From: a bacterium
GTDB taxonomy: Bacteria; Patescibacteriota; Patescibacteriia; UBA1558; S5-K13
Direction: 5' to 3'
Assembly (NCBI GenBank): GCA_029555085.1
Contig: JAKPTO010000011.1
Coordinates: forward strand, 1 to 13,582
DNA: 13,582 bases
Shown: positions 6,499-13,582 of the stretch, one piece after another
Position numbering within the stretch: position 1 is the stretch's first letter
How the letters are laid out: the number at the start of each line of letters is the position of its first letter
Made by a program: the position numbers and the translations under genes
Notes under the pieces: generated by a model
Told to the model about the DNA's origin: nothing
Seen by the model: only the letters and a program-made list of their open reading frames with translations
The model's database searches: none

Positions 6499-7929
6499 TT
6501 AAATTTTTTTCAACTCAATTAAATTCATATTTTCCTTCATTCCAACTGGTTGCCCAGTAACTATAATAGCAAAATCACCTTTTTTTGCTAAATTTTTATT
6601 TTTTATAAATAAAACTACTTTTTCAATAAGTTCTTCTACATTTTTACACTTAGGCATTTCATAGGAATATATACCCCAAACAACGGATAATTGACGTCTA
6701 ACTTGTTTGTCATTTACAAGAGCAACTATTTTTGTTTCCGGTCTAAGTCTTGCTATCATTCTTGCGCTGTAACCAGAGTTGGTTGCAACAACAATTATTT
6801 TTGCTTCTGTATTAAAAACCAATCCTTTCACTGATTCAGAAATCGCCAAAACATTTTTTGGCTTTTCCTCGGAATTAATTATAACAGAATCATCATAAAC
6901 GGATTTCTCTGTAATATCTATAACCTTTGACATTACCTTAATCGTTTCAACTGGATATTTTCCAAAAGCAGTTTCCTCAGATAACATTACTGCATCTGCA
7001 TGATCTATTACAGCATTTGCAACATCAGATACTTCGGCTCTAGTTGGTTTTATGTTTTTCACCATAGATTCAAGCATTTGCGTAGCAACAACAACCGGTT
7101 TGCCAAATTCTAAACATTTCAAAATTAAATCTTTTTGTATTATTGGAACTTTTTCTACTTGAACTTCTACACCTAAATCGCCACGAGCCACCATAATACC
7201 ATCTGATTCTTTTATTATATCATTTATATTCTTAAGCGCTTCTGAAGTTTCTATTTTTGCCATAATTTTTACATTGGCATTTTTCTTATACCTTCTTATG
7301 GCCATTTTTAAATCTTTAATATCTTTTCCAGATTTAACAAGGGATAGGGCTACCCAATCAATCCCATTTGCAAGACCAAATTTTAAATCATTTAGATCTT
7401 TTTTTGTAAGTGGTTTTTCCTCGATATTAACATTGGGAACATTAATTCCCTTAAAAGAAAAAACAATCCCGCCCTTTACAACATCACACCAGACAACATC
7501 TTTTATAATTCTGGAAACTCTTAGCTCTAAAAGTCCATCATGTATCATTATTTTTGCATTTTTTTTGACAATTTTGTGTATAGGAAAAGAAACAGGAATA
7601 ATTTTATTCCCTGAACCAACAATTAATTTATAATTAATTATCTTTTCAAAAATTAAAACAACTTTTTCATTTTTTTCAATTTTAATACCCAAATCAGAAA
7701 CATTACCAACTCTTATTTTTGGACCCTGTAAGTCCTGCATTATAGAAAGTGGAATATCTAAAGTTCTCCTTACTTTATTTATATTTTTTATCAAAGATAA
7801 ATGACTTTTATGAGAATTATGAGAAAAATTTAATCTACAGACATTCATTCCACTCTTTGCCATTTCTAAAAGAGTCTTGTAATCAGATGAAGCTGGACCT
7901 ATTGTTGCGATAATTTTTGTACGTTTCAT
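6499..7929 (-). CDS. pyk: Pyruvate kinase
   Basis: 476 aa; TKIIATIGPAS, RLNFSH, DLQGPKIR, AKIE, GIMVARGDLGVE, ATQMLESM, PTRAEVSDVANA. Confidence 0.98.
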   Translation of the reverse strand: MKRTKIIATIGPASSDYKTLLEMAKSGMNVCRLNFSHNSHKSHLSLIKNINKVRRTLDIPLSIMQDLQGPKIRVGNVSDLGIKIEKNEKVVLIFEKIINYKLIVGSGNKIIPVSFPIHKIVKKNAKIMIHDGLLELRVSRIIKDVVWCDVVKGGIVFSFKGINVPNVNIEEKPLTKKDLNDLKFGLANGIDWVALSLVKSGKDIKDLKMAIRRYKKNANVKIMAKIETSEALKNINDIIKESDGIMVARGDLGVEVQVEKVPIIQKDLILKCLEFGKPVVVATQMLESMVKNIKPTRAEVSDVANAVIDHADAVMLSEETAFGKYPVETIKVMSKVIDITEKSVYDDSVIINSEEKPKNVLAISESVKGLVFNTEAKIIVVATNSGYSARMIARLRPETKIVALVNDKQVRRQLSVVWGIYSYEMPKCKNVEELIEKVVLFIKNKNLAKKGDFAIIVTGQPVGMKENMNLIELKKI

Positions 7930-7939
7930 AAATATAAAA

Positions 7940-8245
7940 TTACTTTATTTTAATTTTTAAAGACAAATTGTATATATATGGTATTTTCCACTTTCCACCA
8001 GACAATGAAGATCTAATAGCTAAAACAGTTATAAGAATAACTATAATTCCCAAAATCCATCCAAACACGGGAATGCTCATCAAAAAAATAACAACAATTT
8101 GTATATTTGATAAAACAAACCCTTGTCTTGAATGAAATTTAATAAACTCATCTTTTCCTAGTATCAATGGAATTAAACATGTAATAAATAAATAACTAAG
8201 GGCAGCCAATTTCAAATTGTTATTTGTATTATTTATTTCTTGCAT
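7940..8245 (-). CDS. Small membrane protein, DUF4870/Tic20-like
   Basis: AALSYL…IPL…KDEFIKFHSRQG…IP..GW…A..G..WKIP.I pattern with three hydrophobic segments. ATG at 8245 preferred over the track's TTG at 8269; overlaps the end of the upstream gene by 17 nt. Confidence 0.8.
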   Translation of the reverse strand: MQEINNTNNNLKLAALSYLFITCLIPLILGKDEFIKFHSRQGFVLSNIQIVVIFLMSIPVFGWILGIIVILITVLAIRSSLSGGKWKIPYIYNLSLKIKIK

Positions 8246-8855
8246 ATTTATGTTTTGATGATTTGTCAATTAAGTAAAAAAGTCCTCCAAAAATAAATCC
8301 TACAATCAAACCCAACAACATTAAAAAAACACTTTCAAATACTACATTAAACAAAGTCCATAATTCTCTATGATAAATAATTTTATAAATAGCAATAAAA
8401 AGACCCGAACAAAGCCCAACAGATGCACACATTAATCCAGATGTTCTGGGTATTTGTTTTTTTATTCTTACAATATAAATACTTAAAATTAAAAAAACAA
8501 TAATTTCGCCTGGAATTCTAATTGCTCCCCAAATAGTCTTTCTTATATCTCCTTGTGATAAAATTATAAATATACTTAATGAGGATATCAAAACTGTTGC
8601 TATAATAAAACTCAATATGCGCCATTTAGTATTTATCGTCTCATCTCCTACACTCTTGGTATAAATTTTTTTGTCCTCTATTGGTGTTTGAAAATCTTGA
8701 TTATTTTTTGTATTTAAATTTTCTTTCTTTTCTATTAAAACATCTTTTTTATTATCGTCTAAAATATTTTCTATGTCATCAATATCTAAAAGATCTACAA
8801 TATTTCTATCTTTTCCATATTTATCTTCTATTAATATTTCATCTTCTAAATTCAT
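8229..8855 (-). CDS. Hypothetical integral membrane protein, 208 aa (acidic soluble N-terminus, about 4 TM helices)
   Basis: About 75 charged residues followed by four hydrophobic stretches; likely first gene of the unit running through pyk and ppsA. Confidence 0.85.
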   Translation of the reverse strand: MNLEDEILIEDKYGKDRNIVDLLDIDDIENILDDNKKDVLIEKKENLNTKNNQDFQTPIEDKKIYTKSVGDETINTKWRILSFIIATVLISSLSIFIILSQGDIRKTIWGAIRIPGEIIVFLILSIYIVRIKKQIPRTSGLMCASVGLCSGLFIAIYKIIYHRELWTLFNVVFESVFLMLLGLIVGFIFGGLFYLIDKSSKHKYARNK

Positions 8856-8955
8856 AAAATTAAAAATGAGTAATTAAATATACCTATATATATTATATTG
8901 TATTTTTCACATAAATAAAAGCATTATTATACATACATCATGAATATATCTTTAC

Positions 8956-8991
8956 AAAAAAGTAGGGGTGATTTATGAATCACCTCTACTT
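8956..8991 (-). terminator. Rho-independent terminator after groEL (GTAG…CTAC REP-like hairpin)
   Basis: Minus strand AAGTAGAGGTGATT-CATA-AATCACCCCTACTTTTTT, about 20 nt after the groEL stop. Confidence 0.85.
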
Positions 8992-9010
8992 GCAACACAA
9001 TAAATCAATT

Positions 9011-10666
<1,656 letters not shown>

Positions 10667-10744
10667 TTATTATTTTTTAAATGATAAATAAATTTCAAAA
10701 TTATTTAATAAAACAATTTGTTGAAATTTAAAATTTTTAATTCA

Positions 10745-11035
10745 TTATTCTAATATTGCTATTACATCGCTCTGAGTCATTACTAAATATTCCTCGCCGT
10801 CAATTTTAATTTCATCTGGCGCATATTTTCTAAACAAAACTTTATCGCCTATTTTAACTTGCATAGGAATGATATCGCCTTTTTCAGATGCTTTTCCATC
10901 TCCTATTGATATTACTTCTCCTTTTTGAGGTTTTTCTTTGTTAATTGTGTCTGGTAATACAATTCCTGACTTTGTTGTTTCATTTTCCTCAATTCTTTTG
11001 ACAATAATATTGTCGAATAATGGTTTTAATTTCAT
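10745..11035 (-). CDS. groS: Co-chaperonin GroES (Cpn10)
   Basis: 96 aa; MKLKPLFD, TKSGIVLPD…KEKPQKGEV, VKIGDKVLF.KY; directly upstream of groEL. Confidence 0.99.
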   Translation of the reverse strand: MKLKPLFDNIIVKRIEENETTKSGIVLPDTINKEKPQKGEVISIGDGKASEKGDIIPMQVKIGDKVLFRKYAPDEIKIDGEEYLVMTQSDVIAILE

Positions 11036-11065
11036 AGTTTTATAAATTAATTATTATTTATTATT

Positions 11066-11092
11066 TTAGCAATATAGCTCCTTAATTGCTAA
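11066..11092. promoter_or_regulatory. CIRCE-like operator (HrcA site), variant
   Basis: TTAGCAATA-N9-AATTGCTAA versus consensus TTAGCACTC-N9-GAGTGCTAA; exact 9-9-9 geometry, between the promoter and groES. Confidence 0.85.
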
Positions 11093-11105
11093 TTCTTATA
11101 TTAAT

Positions 11106-11132
11106 ATTATACCAAGAAGGGTCTATTGTCAA
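11106..11132 (-). promoter_or_regulatory. Sigma70-type promoter of groES-groEL
   Basis: Minus strand TTGACA (11132-11127) - 15 bp - TATAAT (11111-11106) with an extended -10 (TGGTATAAT). Confidence 0.75.
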
Positions 11133-11168
11133 TACAAAAAGAACTTATAAATAAGTCCTCTTTTTGTA
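11133..11168 (-). terminator. Probable terminator of gyrB
   Basis: Minus strand TACAAAAAGAGGACTTAT-TT-ATAAGTTCTTTTTGTA; AU/GU-rich stem with U-run starting 12 nt after the gyrB stop. Confidence 0.6.
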
Positions 11169-11180
11169 AGAATATTTAAA

Positions 11181-13259
<2,079 letters not shown>

Positions 13260-13307
13260 TTATAAATACCTTAAAAATAAAAAAATAAACATCGTTATTA
13301 TGCTATA

Positions 13308-13336
13308 ATTTTAGCAAAAAATCACCCCAAAATCAA
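13308..13336 (-). promoter_or_regulatory. Putative gyrB promoter
   Basis: Minus strand TTGATT (13336-13331) - 17 bp - TAAAAT (13313-13308) with extended -10 TGC. A divergent TGCTATAAT lies on the + strand at 13301-13309. Confidence 0.55.
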
Positions 13337-13355
13337 GGTAATTTTAGGGTGATTT
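13319..13355 (-). terminator. 15-bp-arm inverted repeat; terminator-like on the minus strand
   Basis: AAATCACCCCAAAAT-CAAGGTA-ATTTTAGGGTGATTT. The single mismatch is a U-G pair in minus-strand RNA, and the stem ends in a U-run. Confidence 0.65.
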
Positions 13356-13440
13356 ATTGTCATTTTATACAATCAATAAAAAACTTTATGTGCTTCAAAA
13401 TACCGATAATATTAAAACTAAAATGCAACAGTAATTTTGT

Positions 13441-13582
13441 CAAATTTTGGGTCAAAAAGGTCTTATGCCAAACCCAAAGAGCGGAACAATTGATAATGAT
13501 ATTGAAAAAATGATTAAGGAATTAAAAGCTGGAAAAGAATCATTTAAAAACGATGACAGTGCAAATGTGCATTTAGCTGTTG
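13441..13582 (+). pseudogene. rplA: C-terminal half of 50S ribosomal protein uL1, 5'-truncated, running off the window edge
   Basis: QILGQKGLMPNPKSGTIDNDIEKMIKELKAGKESFKNDDSANVHLAV carries the uL1 signature LG..GLMPNPK.GT…ELK.GK..F..D…N.H. In-frame TAA at 13432-13434; only about 195 nt separate it from the gyrB start, too little for the missing N-terminal half. Confidence 0.85.

Noticed and set aside
11078-11083. AAGGAG on the minus strand as the groES Shine-Dalgarno
   Set aside because: It is in the CIRCE spacer, over 40 nt from the ATG, too far to act as an SD.

Overview
AT-rich bacterial chromosomal window read with the standard code. Patescibacteria/CPR origin is inferred, not proven, from SD-less A-rich leaders, an acidic GyrB insertion and a CPR-like Pyk motif. 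Most of the window (3.2-13.2 kb, minus strand) is housekeeping: gyrB, groES-groEL (sigma70-type promoter plus a variant CIRCE operator), two membrane proteins, pyk, a membrane-anchored hypothetical and ppsA. The last ~140 bp encode only the C-terminal half of ribosomal protein uL1 behind an in-frame stop. The first ~3.2 kb is a mosaic accessory region. Two diverged ~310-325 bp direct repeats (459-768 and 2417-2740) each carry the 3' half of a small Arg/Gly-rich, acidic-tailed protein gene, two hairpins with structure-preserving differences and an AT-rich block. They bracket a 404-aa orphan gene with its own promoter and an IS481/IS3-like integrase-core fragment that is itself enclosed by a perfect 17-bp inverted repeat. 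Two frameshifted remnants (an XRE HTH and a hypothetical) lie to the left. The best candidate for something new is this repeat-bounded cassette inserted into the small gene, with an alternative C-terminal allele kept at its far end. All family assignments are by motif recognition; no searches were run.
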